Shown here: positions 38,735-46,554 of the stretch, one piece after another | How positions within the stretch are numbered: the stretch's first letter is position 1 | Layout of the letters: each line of letters opens with the position of its first letter | Assembly (NCBI GenBank): GCA_964553875.1 | Contig: CAZKNH010000003.1 | Location: 5,850-69,849 of the forward strand | Origin: an uncultured Gammaproteobacteria bacterium | GTDB lineage: Bacteria > Pseudomonadota > Gammaproteobacteria > Steroidobacterales > Rariloculaceae | Reading direction: 5' to 3' | DNA: 64,000 bases | Notes under the pieces: generated by a model | Told to the model about the DNA's origin: nothing | Database searches by the model: none | Seen by the model: the letters and a program-made list of their open reading frames with translations, nothing else | Program-made: the position numbers and the translations under genes

Positions 38735-40522
38735 ATGGCACGCACACTGTCCGTAGTCGTCCTCGCCGCAGCCGTTGCTTCCATGCTCGAGGTTTATGCC
38801 CAGGAGGATGCTTTCTACATCGCCGACGGAAGAAGAATCTCGCTGCCCGCCGCGCAACGATCGAGCGCCGTGCGTATCGTCGAAGGACGATTGGACGAGT
38901 TTCAGGCGGCCGTCGAGAAGGAGCCCGCGGTCACGCTCGTGCCGCTGCCCCTGCTGCAGCAGCGCTATGGGATTGCCTTCCTGGGCGCTGCCGAGGGCGT
39001 CGAAGACGAGGTCTTTCGCAGGGCTGTCGCCGTCCTCGAGGAGCACCCCGCCGTGGAGTCGGCCGTCCCCGTGTATCGGTCAGGCGACGTGGAGCTGGTG
39101 CTCGTCAACGAGTTCACCGTCCGCTTCGAGCCCGATGTGCCGCTCGAGACCGGCCGCGAGCTGCTCGAGCGGCTCGGCGCCGACGTGCTCGAGATCGACG
39201 AGCGCCGGTCCCGGTTCACCGTCACGTTCCCGCGCGAGGAGCCGGATGCCGCGCTCCGCTATATCAACGAGCTCGCGGTCGACCCGAGGACGAGGTATGC
39301 ACAGCCCTCGCTCGTAAGGGTTCTGCCCCCGCGCATCGGGTTCCTCGAAATCCCGCCGCCGCCAACGGGGTCACGGGGCACGCCGACAGCGGAGCCTCCG
39401 CCGGAAACGGCTTCCAGCTCGTTTCCGCGTTGTCCGTCCCCGGCGCCGGACGCGGTCTGGACCGGATCGCCGAATGACGTGCTTTTCGCCCGGCAATGGT
39501 CGCTGCGACACACTACTGCGGGCCGGGTCGGCGGCGCACCGGGAGCAGACATCCGCGCGCTTGCCGGATGGCAGGTTTCCCAAGGCTCGGCTGACGTGAC
39601 CATCGCCGTCCTCGACCTCGGCGTGTCCTCCGAGCACCCGGACTTGAAGAGCAAGATCGTTCCGGGGGCCGACGTCACGGGAGCCGGAACGACCGAGCCC
39701 CTTCTCGACGACCATCACGGCACCTCGATTGCGGGAGTCGCGGCCGCGGCATCGAACAACGCGGTTGGAATCGCCGGAGTCGATTGGCATGCGCGCGTCG
39801 CGCCGGTCCGAGTCAGCTACTCGGGCTGTGCCACCGGCGATTGCCGCTGGGAGTGGGCGCCGACACTTTTCGTCGACGGTATCTACGCGGCCATCGACCT
39901 CGGCGCGCGTGTTCTGATCGGCGCATGGGGATGGCACGGCGATCCGGACGACGGCCTGAGCGACGCCATCCGCGAAGCGGTCGAAGCGAACGCCGTCGTC
40001 GTCCTCGCGGCCGGTCAGCACCAGGCGGTCTTCGATGCCGACACCCCTGCGTGCGCAACCGGCGAAGACCGCTCGGTCTTCTATCCCGCCAACCTCGCCG
40101 GCAGCTCCGATCCGATCCTCGCGGGCGGCGTCATCGCCGTCAGCGCAACGGATCAGTGGGACGACTTTCAGGTCCACCAGTGCGAGGACCTGCAAGCCTA
40201 CGCCATCTGGGGCAGTAACCGGGGACCCGAGGTCTCGTTGTCCGCGCCCGGGACCGACATCCTGTCCCTGACCAACTACGGCGGCTACGCGTGCTACTTC
40301 GGAACGTCGATGTCGGCGCCGCTCGTCGCCGGCGCGGCGGCTCTGCTCCTTGCGAGGTATCCGGACGCGACACCCGCCGAGATCAAGCGCTGGCTCCAGG
40401 AGGGCGCCGACTATCTCGGCAGCGATCCGACGGGTCGGGACGACCGCTACGGGCACGGGCGCCTGAACCTCGCAGGTGCGTTCGAAGCCGCGGCGGCCGA
40501 TCGGGGATCGTCGCAGGAATGA
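38735..40522 (+). CDS. Exported subtilisin-like serine protease (peptidase S8), 595 aa
   Basis: The signal peptide is MARTLSVVVLAAAVASMLEVYAQE, with GGGAGAAG as RBS. The catalytic motifs are IAVLDLGV (Asp codon 39614-39616), DDHHGTSIAG (His codon 39716-39718) and GTSMSAPLVAG (Ser codon 40307-40309). A ~200-aa N-terminal pro-like region and a Pro-rich linker precede the catalytic domain. Confidence 0.85.
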   Translation: MARTLSVVVLAAAVASMLEVYAQEDAFYIADGRRISLPAAQRSSAVRIVEGRLDEFQAAVEKEPAVTLVPLPLLQQRYGIAFLGAAEGVEDEVFRRAVAVLEEHPAVESAVPVYRSGDVELVLVNEFTVRFEPDVPLETGRELLERLGADVLEIDERRSRFTVTFPREEPDAALRYINELAVDPRTRYAQPSLVRVLPPRIGFLEIPPPPTGSRGTPTAEPPPETASSSFPRCPSPAPDAVWTGSPNDVLFARQWSLRHTTAGRVGGAPGADIRALAGWQVSQGSADVTIAVLDLGVSSEHPDLKSKIVPGADVTGAGTTEPLLDDHHGTSIAGVAAAASNNAVGIAGVDWHARVAPVRVSYSGCATGDCRWEWAPTLFVDGIYAAIDLGARVLIGAWGWHGDPDDGLSDAIREAVEANAVVVLAAGQHQAVFDADTPACATGEDRSVFYPANLAGSSDPILAGGVIAVSATDQWDDFQVHQCEDLQAYAIWGSNRGPEVSLSAPGTDILSLTNYGGYACYFGTSMSAPLVAGAAALLLARYPDATPAEIKRWLQEGADYLGSDPTGRDDRYGHGRLNLAGAFEAAAADRGSSQE

Positions 40523-41865
40523 ATCGCGGACGGCCGCTTACGCCGCGGGTAGCCGCGCGAGAGCCGCGCGGCGACGAGGAGCCACAGCAGCGCGAGGCCC
40601 AAGTTCACGCACGCGAATTCGCGCGCCCCGAAACCGAGCGCGTGCACGCCTGTGTAGACGATGCCGGCTTGAAGCACGTCGCCGAAGCGCCAGAAGAAGG
40701 CGTCGATCGCCGTCTTGCCTTCGTATTTCGCCCCCGGCGCGAGCGGCAGATAGAGCGAGTGCCGCACGGTATTCGTCAGCGAATAGTTCACGCCGTTCTC
40801 GACGGTCTTCACGATCTTCAGGATCGCGAAGACCGGCACGAACGCAGCGAGCGCATAGCCGACGACCGCGAGGAGCGGCCCGACGAGCACGGCTCCCGCG
40901 ACGCCGACCCAGCGGAAGATGCGCCCGACGAGCAAGAGCTGCGTCGCGACCGCAAGGGTATTCACCGCGAAATAGAAGCTCGCGTAGAACGCGCCGATGA
41001 CGGCGCCGCGGTCGAGCCCGGAGTCGAGCGCGACCGCCCGGTCGGCATACGCTACGACGTGCTTCGAAAGCAGGTACTCGCCGGTCGTATTCACGCAATT
41101 GAGCAGCACGACGAGGACCGCGAGCCCGCGCAGATAGCGATCGTTCAGCACGAGCGAGAGGCCCGCGCGAACGGACGCGACGGATTCGGCGTCCCTCGCT
41201 CGGAAGGTCTCGGGCACCGCACGCCGGCTCCACTCCATCAGCGGCAGCGTCAAGGCGAGCAGCCCCGCGCAGACCAGCATCAGCGGCCAGACGCCGAGGA
41301 CCGGATAGAGGACGCGAAAGAGGAGCGGCCCTGCAAAGCCGCCGAGCACCGCTCCGCCTGCGATGACCGGAAATACCCGCTCGCCGCTCTCGACGTCGAA
41401 GGCGTCTGCGGCATGCGCCCAGAACTGAGCGACGATCACGACGCCGAACACGCCGACCCATACGTAATAGGCGACGGCAACGTCGGCACCGGCTCGACCC
41501 AGCAGGCAGAACAGGACCAGATTCGCGGCGAAGAAGGCAGTGATCGCACGCACGAGCTTGCGGCGGCCCACGTGCTTTGCGACGGCTCCGTACAGGGGGA
41601 CCGCCACCAGCAGCACCAGCGCAACGACGGCCTGCGCGATGCTCTTGATCTCCGGCGAGCCTTCGGTCAAGAGCAGGGGTTCGCGCAGCGTCTTCAGCAC
41701 GTAGTAGCAGACGAGCAGAACGAGCGCGTGCACGAAGAAGAGCGCGACGCTCGCCGCCTCCGTCGCCCGCGTCGATTCGACGCCGCGCAGGAACGAGGCC
41801 GCCCGGAGCCGACTGATGCTTCGCTCCGGCGCGGCCGCTCCGAATGGTGCCGCCTCACGTCCCAC
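40447..41865 (-). CDS. Npt1/Npt2 (TLC, ATP:ADP-antiporter-like) / MFS-type transporter
   Basis: The protein is polytopic (about 11-12 hydrophobic segments). YYVLKTLREPLLL...PLYGAVAKHVGRRKLV...VAQFWAHAAD resembles the Npt/TLC family N-terminal pattern. The 3' end overlaps the convergent S8 gene by 76 nt. The GTG start is uncertain. Confidence 0.6.
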   Translation of the reverse strand: MGREAAPFGAAAPERSISRLRAASFLRGVESTRATEAASVALFFVHALVLLVCYYVLKTLREPLLLTEGSPEIKSIAQAVVALVLLVAVPLYGAVAKHVGRRKLVRAITAFFAANLVLFCLLGRAGADVAVAYYVWVGVFGVVIVAQFWAHAADAFDVESGERVFPVIAGGAVLGGFAGPLLFRVLYPVLGVWPLMLVCAGLLALTLPLMEWSRRAVPETFRARDAESVASVRAGLSLVLNDRYLRGLAVLVVLLNCVNTTGEYLLSKHVVAYADRAVALDSGLDRGAVIGAFYASFYFAVNTLAVATQLLLVGRIFRWVGVAGAVLVGPLLAVVGYALAAFVPVFAILKIVKTVENGVNYSLTNTVRHSLYLPLAPGAKYEGKTAIDAFFWRFGDVLQAGIVYTGVHALGFGAREFACVNLGLALLWLLVAARLSRGYPRRKRPSAIHSCDDPRSAAAASNAPARFRRPCP

Positions 41866-41874
41866 GTGCGCCGC

Positions 41875-42009
41875 TCACACGACCGGCAGGTCTCGCAGAG
41901 CCAAGACGCTGTGCACGAGCGCGGGCGTGATCGTGACGAAGATCAGCACTTCGACGACCCAGAAGTAATCGCGTTCGCCCTTGCCGAGCTTCTTTCTGAT
42001 GATGTTCAT
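41875..42009 (-). CDS. Unlisted 44-codon ORF encoding a small hydrophobic protein
   Basis: It is not in the ORF track because it is under 60 aa. The product is MNIIRKKLGKGERDYFWVVEVLIFVTITPALVHSVLALRDLPVV. AGAGGA lies 7 nt upstream of the ATG. About 88% of third positions are G/C. The stop is 9 nt before the transporter start. Confidence 0.45.
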   Translation of the reverse strand: MNIIRKKLGKGERDYFWVVEVLIFVTITPALVHSVLALRDLPVV

Positions 42010-42143
42010 CGTCGTTTCCTCTGTGGCGTTTCCCGGAGACTCGACGAGGTCTTTGCACCGCCGTCAGTCGATATAGTGTCGCCATCGGTGCTACCGTCTC
42101 ACTTTCGAGATCGAGAAAGAGGCGTGGCAGAGAAGGCGGAGTC

Positions 42144-42755
42144 GTGAAGGCGCCGAGCGAACGCGACGCCGTCGAGGCGCAGACGTCGATCGATCTCGTG
42201 CGCAGGATCGGCCGCGGCGACCGCGCCGCGGAACGCGAGATGGTCGAGCGATACGGCCGGGGGCTGCTGTATCTGCTGCGGCGTCGGACGTCGGATCCGG
42301 AGCTCGCGAAGGATCTGCGGCAGGAAGCCTACGTGATCGCCATCGAGAAGCTGCGCGCCTCTCCGATCGACGAGCCGGAGCGGCTCGGCGCTTATCTCCG
42401 CGGCATCGCGATCAATCTGGTCTCTGCGGCGCAGCGCAAGACGAGACGCCGCGCCACGTCGACCGACCTCGAGTCGATCGACGCGGCGTCCGACGCCCGC
42501 CCGGGGCCGGGAGACACGCTGTCGCGCGAGCAGATCGCGGCGAGCGTCCGTGCCCTGCTCGACGAGCTTCCGGTCGACCGCGACCGCGAGGTGCTCATTC
42601 GTCTTTACCTGATGGATCAGGATCGTGACCGGATCTGCGACGCGCTCGGCATCGATGCGTCGCATTTCAACCGCGTGCTGTTTCGTGCGAAGCAGCGCTT
42701 CAAGGCATTGCTGATGCAGGCGGCGAGGCGTCGAAAACTCGACGTCGTGAGCTGA
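42144..42755 (+). CDS. ECF-type RNA polymerase sigma factor
   Basis: Region 2 reads LVRRIGRGDRAAEREMVERYGRGLLYLLRRR...DLRQEAYVIAIEKL. Region 4 reads LDELPVDRDREVLIRLYLMDQDRDRICDALGIDASHFNRVLFRAKQRFK. GTG start with AAGGCGGAG upstream. Confidence 0.85.
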   Translation: MKAPSERDAVEAQTSIDLVRRIGRGDRAAEREMVERYGRGLLYLLRRRTSDPELAKDLRQEAYVIAIEKLRASPIDEPERLGAYLRGIAINLVSAAQRKTRRRATSTDLESIDAASDARPGPGDTLSREQIAASVRALLDELPVDRDREVLIRLYLMDQDRDRICDALGIDASHFNRVLFRAKQRFKALLMQAARRRKLDVVS

Positions 42756-42788
42756 GAGTTCCCTGGCCCCGAGGACACTAGGTCGTAT

Positions 42789-43478
42789 ATGAGCATGACG
42801 CGACAGGACATCGAACGGCGGCTCGTCGTCGAGCGCTATCTGCAGGGGAAGCTGACTCCGAGCGAGGAGGCGGCGTTCGAGGAGACGTACCTCGGCGATC
42901 CGGACCTCGTGGATCAGATCGAGCTCGCCGAGCGGCTCCGCGAAGGGCTCGGGGAGCTCGCGCTCGCGGGCGAGCTGCCGAGGTCACGGCCCCGCCGTCG
43001 GCTCGCGTTTCTGGCCTCGGCGCCCTACGCGGCCGCCGCGTCCGTGCTCCTTGCCGCGTCGCTGCTCCTTTCCACCGTGCTTTACGTGCAGAACGCCGAG
43101 CTCAGAGCCCGCGCGAGCGGGGAGATCCCCGCGTTTCGCATCGAGCCGCTCTTCGCGACGCGCGGCGACGGGCACGTGATCGCCCGTCCCGACGAGGGCG
43201 AGTGGATCATGCTGATGGTCGATCCCGGAGCATCCGACTACGAAACGTACCGCGTGACGGTGCGTCCTTCGCAGCCGGCCGCGGCACCGCTCGTGCAGAC
43301 GAGCGGGATCGAGCCGGGCTACGAAGAGACGCTCGCGGTCGGCGTGCCGGGCGCGCGGCTCGTTCCCGGCGACTACGAGGTGATCGTCGAGGGCGACGCG
43401 GACGGCGAGTGGCGGCCCGTCACCCGTTTGCCGTTGCACGTCGAGGCCGCGCCGCAGTCGTCCGCGCCGGCTCGGTAA
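42789..43478 (+). CDS. Putative single-pass anti-sigma factor
   Basis: It lies directly downstream of the ECF sigma gene. The N-terminus is IERRLVVERYLQGKLTPSEEAAFEETYLGDPDLVDQIELAERL. One TM is present (LAFLASAPYAAAASVLLAASLLLSTVLYV), followed by a ~120-aa extracytoplasmic domain. There is no HxxxCxxC zinc motif. Confidence 0.6.
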   Translation: MSMTRQDIERRLVVERYLQGKLTPSEEAAFEETYLGDPDLVDQIELAERLREGLGELALAGELPRSRPRRRLAFLASAPYAAAASVLLAASLLLSTVLYVQNAELRARASGEIPAFRIEPLFATRGDGHVIARPDEGEWIMLMVDPGASDYETYRVTVRPSQPAAAPLVQTSGIEPGYEETLAVGVPGARLVPGDYEVIVEGDADGEWRPVTRLPLHVEAAPQSSAPAR

Positions 43479-43510
43479 ACACGATTCGTCTGCGGCTGCG
43501 GAATGCTCGG

Positions 43511-45043
43511 CTAGGCCGCGTCCGAGCGTGCGACCCGCGTGTAGAACGATCGAGCATGCGAGAGCAGTAGCACGAGAAGCGCGCCGAGCACCACGGGATA
43601 GTTGCCGACGACGGCATAGGGTGTCGCGCCGGTGAACCCTTCCACGACGTCCGTCAGCACGCCCGGCTCGAATTGCGGGATCCGCGAAACCACGCGTCCC
43701 CGCGGGTCGATCACCGCGGTGATGCCGGTATTCGCGGCGCGCAGCATGTACCTTCCCGCTTCGGCGGCGCGGACCCGCGCGATCTGCAGATGCTGATGCG
43801 GACCGATCGAATCGCCGAACCATGCATCGTTGCTGACGTTCACGAGCAACGTCGCGTCAGGCAGATAGTGAAGCTGCTCCGCGCCGAAGACGGCCTCGTA
43901 GCAGATCGTGATCGCGAGACGCTCGCCGGCGACGTCGAGCGGCGGCTGCTCGTCCGCGCCGGGTTCCGCATCGATGTACGGAAGGTTCATCAGCCGCAGC
44001 CAGTCGCGGACGAAATCCGGCACCGGGAAATACTCGCCGAACGGCACGAGGTGCCGCTTCACGTAGAACTGGCGTGGATCGGTCAGCGCGACGACGGCGT
44101 TCTGGAAGTTCTCGATCGAGCCCGTCAGCACGCCGAGGACGACCGAGCCGCCCCGCTCGGCGGCGATGTTCTCGATCCCCGCGAGATAGCCGACGATGTC
44201 GTTGTAGAACGTCGGAATCGCCGCCTCGGGCCAGACGATCAGCTCGGCGCCCGCGCTCTGCTCCGTCAGGTTCCGGTAGAGCCGCAGCGTCTCGTTGAAA
44301 TGCTCCGCAAGCCACTTGAGGTCCTGCGGCACGGCTCCCTGAACGAGCGCGACGGATACCGAGTCGCCCTTCGGCCGCGTGAAGCGCATGCCGTCGACCG
44401 CGTACGCGCTCCCCCATAACACCGCGAGCGTGCCGACGGCGATCATCCGCTCGCGCCGTGCGCCGAGCACGATCGCCGCGAGCGCGCCGGACGTGAGCAG
44501 CACGGCCCAGCTCATCGCGTGCAATCCGCCGACCGGTGCGAGCGCGAAAAGCCACGATTCGGTCTGGCTGTAGCCCGCGGACAACCAGCCGAAGCCCGTG
44601 AAGATCCAGCCCCGCAGCCATTCGGTCAGGACGAAAAGCGCGGGCAGCGCGACGAGCCACGCGGCCGCGCCCGACGTGCGCTCGAGCCACGCGGCGAGAA
44701 ACCCCGTGATCGCCGGAAAGAGTGCGAGCACCGCGACGAAGAGCCCGGTCATCGTCCACGCGATCACGGGATGCAGCCCACCGTAGACGTGCAGGCTCAC
44801 GTACACCCAGTGCACGCCGGCGAAGAAGCTCGCGAGCCCGAACAGGAAGCCGAGCCCGAACGCGCGCACCGGCGGCTCACCGCGCCAGACGACGAAGAGC
44901 GCCCCATAGCAGAGCGGCGCGACGAAGAAGAGATCGAACGGCGCGAACGCGAGCGGCAAAAGGGCCCCGGCCGCCGCCGCGAGCCCGGCCTTCGCCGCGC
45001 GCGGGCCGATCGGCCGCGCTCGATACCGCGTACGCTCGTTCAT
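43511..45043 (-). CDS. lnt: Apolipoprotein N-acyltransferase
   Basis: 510 aa with an N-terminal polytopic region and a CN-hydrolase domain (VALVQGAVPQDLKW...IVWPEAA...ITICYEAVF...NDAWFG). Confidence 0.9.
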   Translation of the reverse strand: MNERTRYRARPIGPRAAKAGLAAAAGALLPLAFAPFDLFFVAPLCYGALFVVWRGEPPVRAFGLGFLFGLASFFAGVHWVYVSLHVYGGLHPVIAWTMTGLFVAVLALFPAITGFLAAWLERTSGAAAWLVALPALFVLTEWLRGWIFTGFGWLSAGYSQTESWLFALAPVGGLHAMSWAVLLTSGALAAIVLGARRERMIAVGTLAVLWGSAYAVDGMRFTRPKGDSVSVALVQGAVPQDLKWLAEHFNETLRLYRNLTEQSAGAELIVWPEAAIPTFYNDIVGYLAGIENIAAERGGSVVLGVLTGSIENFQNAVVALTDPRQFYVKRHLVPFGEYFPVPDFVRDWLRLMNLPYIDAEPGADEQPPLDVAGERLAITICYEAVFGAEQLHYLPDATLLVNVSNDAWFGDSIGPHQHLQIARVRAAEAGRYMLRAANTGITAVIDPRGRVVSRIPQFEPGVLTDVVEGFTGATPYAVVGNYPVVLGALLVLLLSHARSFYTRVARSDAA

Positions 45044-45106
45044 GAGACGGTTTCGTGCCTGAGCCGGAGGGCGGCCTCGAAGCGCCGCCGTCCTCGGACG
45101 GACGCG

Positions 45107-45967
45107 TCAGCCCGCTTCGCCGTCCTTGAGCCGTGTGACCTCGACGGTCTGAATGCGCCGCCGGTCACCCCTCAGGACGCGGAAGCGGAAGCCGCCGAAG
45201 TCGAGATGCTCGCCGCGGCGGGGCAGCCTCCCGAGCTCGTGCATGATCAGCCCGCCGATCGTGTCGTATTCCTCGTCGCTCAGGTTCGACGAGAAGTATT
45301 CGTTGAAGTCCTCGATCCGCGTCAGGCCGAGCACATGGAAGCGTCCTTCGCCCTGATCCTGAATCGACTCCGCTTCCTCGGGATCGTGCTCATCGTCGAT
45401 GTCGCCGACGATCTGCTCGAGCACGTCCTCGATCGTGGCGAGCCCGGACACGCCGCCATACTCGTCGACGACGATCGCCATGTGGTTGTGGCTCTGCCGG
45501 AACTCCGTCAGCAGCGTGTTAAGGCGCTTGCTTTCCGGGATGAACACGGCAGGCCTCAAGAGGCTCTCGAGATCGAACGAGCTCGGATCCTTGCCGAAAT
45601 GCTTCAGCAGATCCTTCGCGAGCAGAATCCCCACGACCTCGTCACGATCCTCGCCGATGACCGGGAACCGCGAGTGCCCCGATTCGACGATCGTCTTCAG
45701 CAGCACGTCGATCGGCGCGTCCTTCTCGAGCACGACCATGTGCGAACGAGGCACCATGATGTCGCGCACGTGGGTCTGGGAGACCTCGAGCACCCCCTGC
45801 AACATCGCGTACTCGTCCGCCGCCAGCAAACCGCGTTCACGGCTCTCGGCCAGGAACGCCGCGATCTCCTCTCGGCCTTTGAGGTCGTCGCTGCGGTTCT
45901 GGAACAGCCGCGACCACCAGCCGGTCAGGCCCGGGGCGTCGTGTGTAGAGGGCAAGTCGTCGGACAT
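45107..45967 (-). CDS. corC: CorC/YbeX magnesium-cobalt efflux-associated protein (CBS pair + CorC_HlyC)
   Basis: VRDIMVPRSHMVVL...HSRFPVIGEDRDEVVGILLAKDLL...HMAIVVDEYGGVSGLATIEDVLEQIVGDIDDEHD. The start was set at ATG 45967 (MSDDLPS). Confidence 0.9.
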   Translation of the reverse strand: MSDDLPSTHDAPGLTGWWSRLFQNRSDDLKGREEIAAFLAESRERGLLAADEYAMLQGVLEVSQTHVRDIMVPRSHMVVLEKDAPIDVLLKTIVESGHSRFPVIGEDRDEVVGILLAKDLLKHFGKDPSSFDLESLLRPAVFIPESKRLNTLLTEFRQSHNHMAIVVDEYGGVSGLATIEDVLEQIVGDIDDEHDPEEAESIQDQGEGRFHVLGLTRIEDFNEYFSSNLSDEEYDTIGGLIMHELGRLPRRGEHLDFGGFRFRVLRGDRRRIQTVEVTRLKDGEAG

Positions 45968-45985
45968 CGAACTGATCCGTATATT

Positions 45986-45999
45986 GGGGTCAGGACCCC
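45986..45999. repeat. Short palindromic copy of the GGGGTCAG repeat core
   Basis: GGGGTCAGGACCCC, preceded by ATATT, lies in the ybeY-corC spacer. Confidence 0.4.
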
Positions 46000-46080
46000 G
46001 AGCGTTCAAGGGACGCGGCGGCAAATTTTCCGCGCCGAAACGCCGGACTTCCTTCGAAAAACATGCAAAACCCTGCGGCC

Positions 46081-46554
46081 TCAGGCACCTCGCTCGCTCC
46101 GATACGGGTCCTCGAAACCGAAGGCCGCGAGAATCTCCCGTTCCCGATCCTCCATCACACGTGCTGCGGCTTCCTCCTCATGGTCGTATCCCAAGAGGTG
46201 CAGCGTGCCGTGCACGACGAGGTGCGCGAGGTGCGCGATGACGGTCTTGCCCTGCTCGGCCGCTTCGCGCTCGACCACGGGCACACAGATCACGAGATCG
46301 CCGAGCGGCGTCGGCTCATCGGGCAGCGGCGGGACGTCGTCGACGGGGAAGGCCAGCACGTTCGTGGGGCCGCTCTTCCGGCGATACGTTTCGTTGAGCG
46401 CCGCGGATTCGGCCTCGTCGACGAACCGCACGGTGAGCTCGCCGCCGGCGGGCCCGGCCGCGGCCGCGGCCCAGCGGCGGATCGACGCGGTGTCGGGCAG
46501 CCACGGGCACGCGACGGCTCGCTGCACCGTGACCGAAAGCCGCGCGCGGCTCAT
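46081..46554 (-). CDS. ybeY: Endoribonuclease YbeY
   Basis: NVLAFP...[16 protein letters not shown] is the zinc-binding H..HG..H..G.DH motif. The ATG overlaps the ybeZ stop. Confidence 0.92.
   Translation of the reverse strand: MSRARLSVTVQRAVACPWLPDTASIRRWAAAAAGPAGGELTVRFVDEAESAALNETYRRKSGPTNVLAFPVDDVPPLPDEPTPLGDLVICVPVVEREAAEQGKTVIAHLAHLVVHGTLHLLGYDHEEEAAARVMEDREREILAAFGFEDPYRSERGA

Noticed and set aside
42010-42143. Canonical ECF promoter (GGAAC-N16-17-CGTC) upstream of the sigma gene and of 31432
   Set aside because: CGTC-like elements exist (for example CGTCT at 42095-42099). No GAAC-type -35 lies at the right distance at either locus, so no promoter was called.
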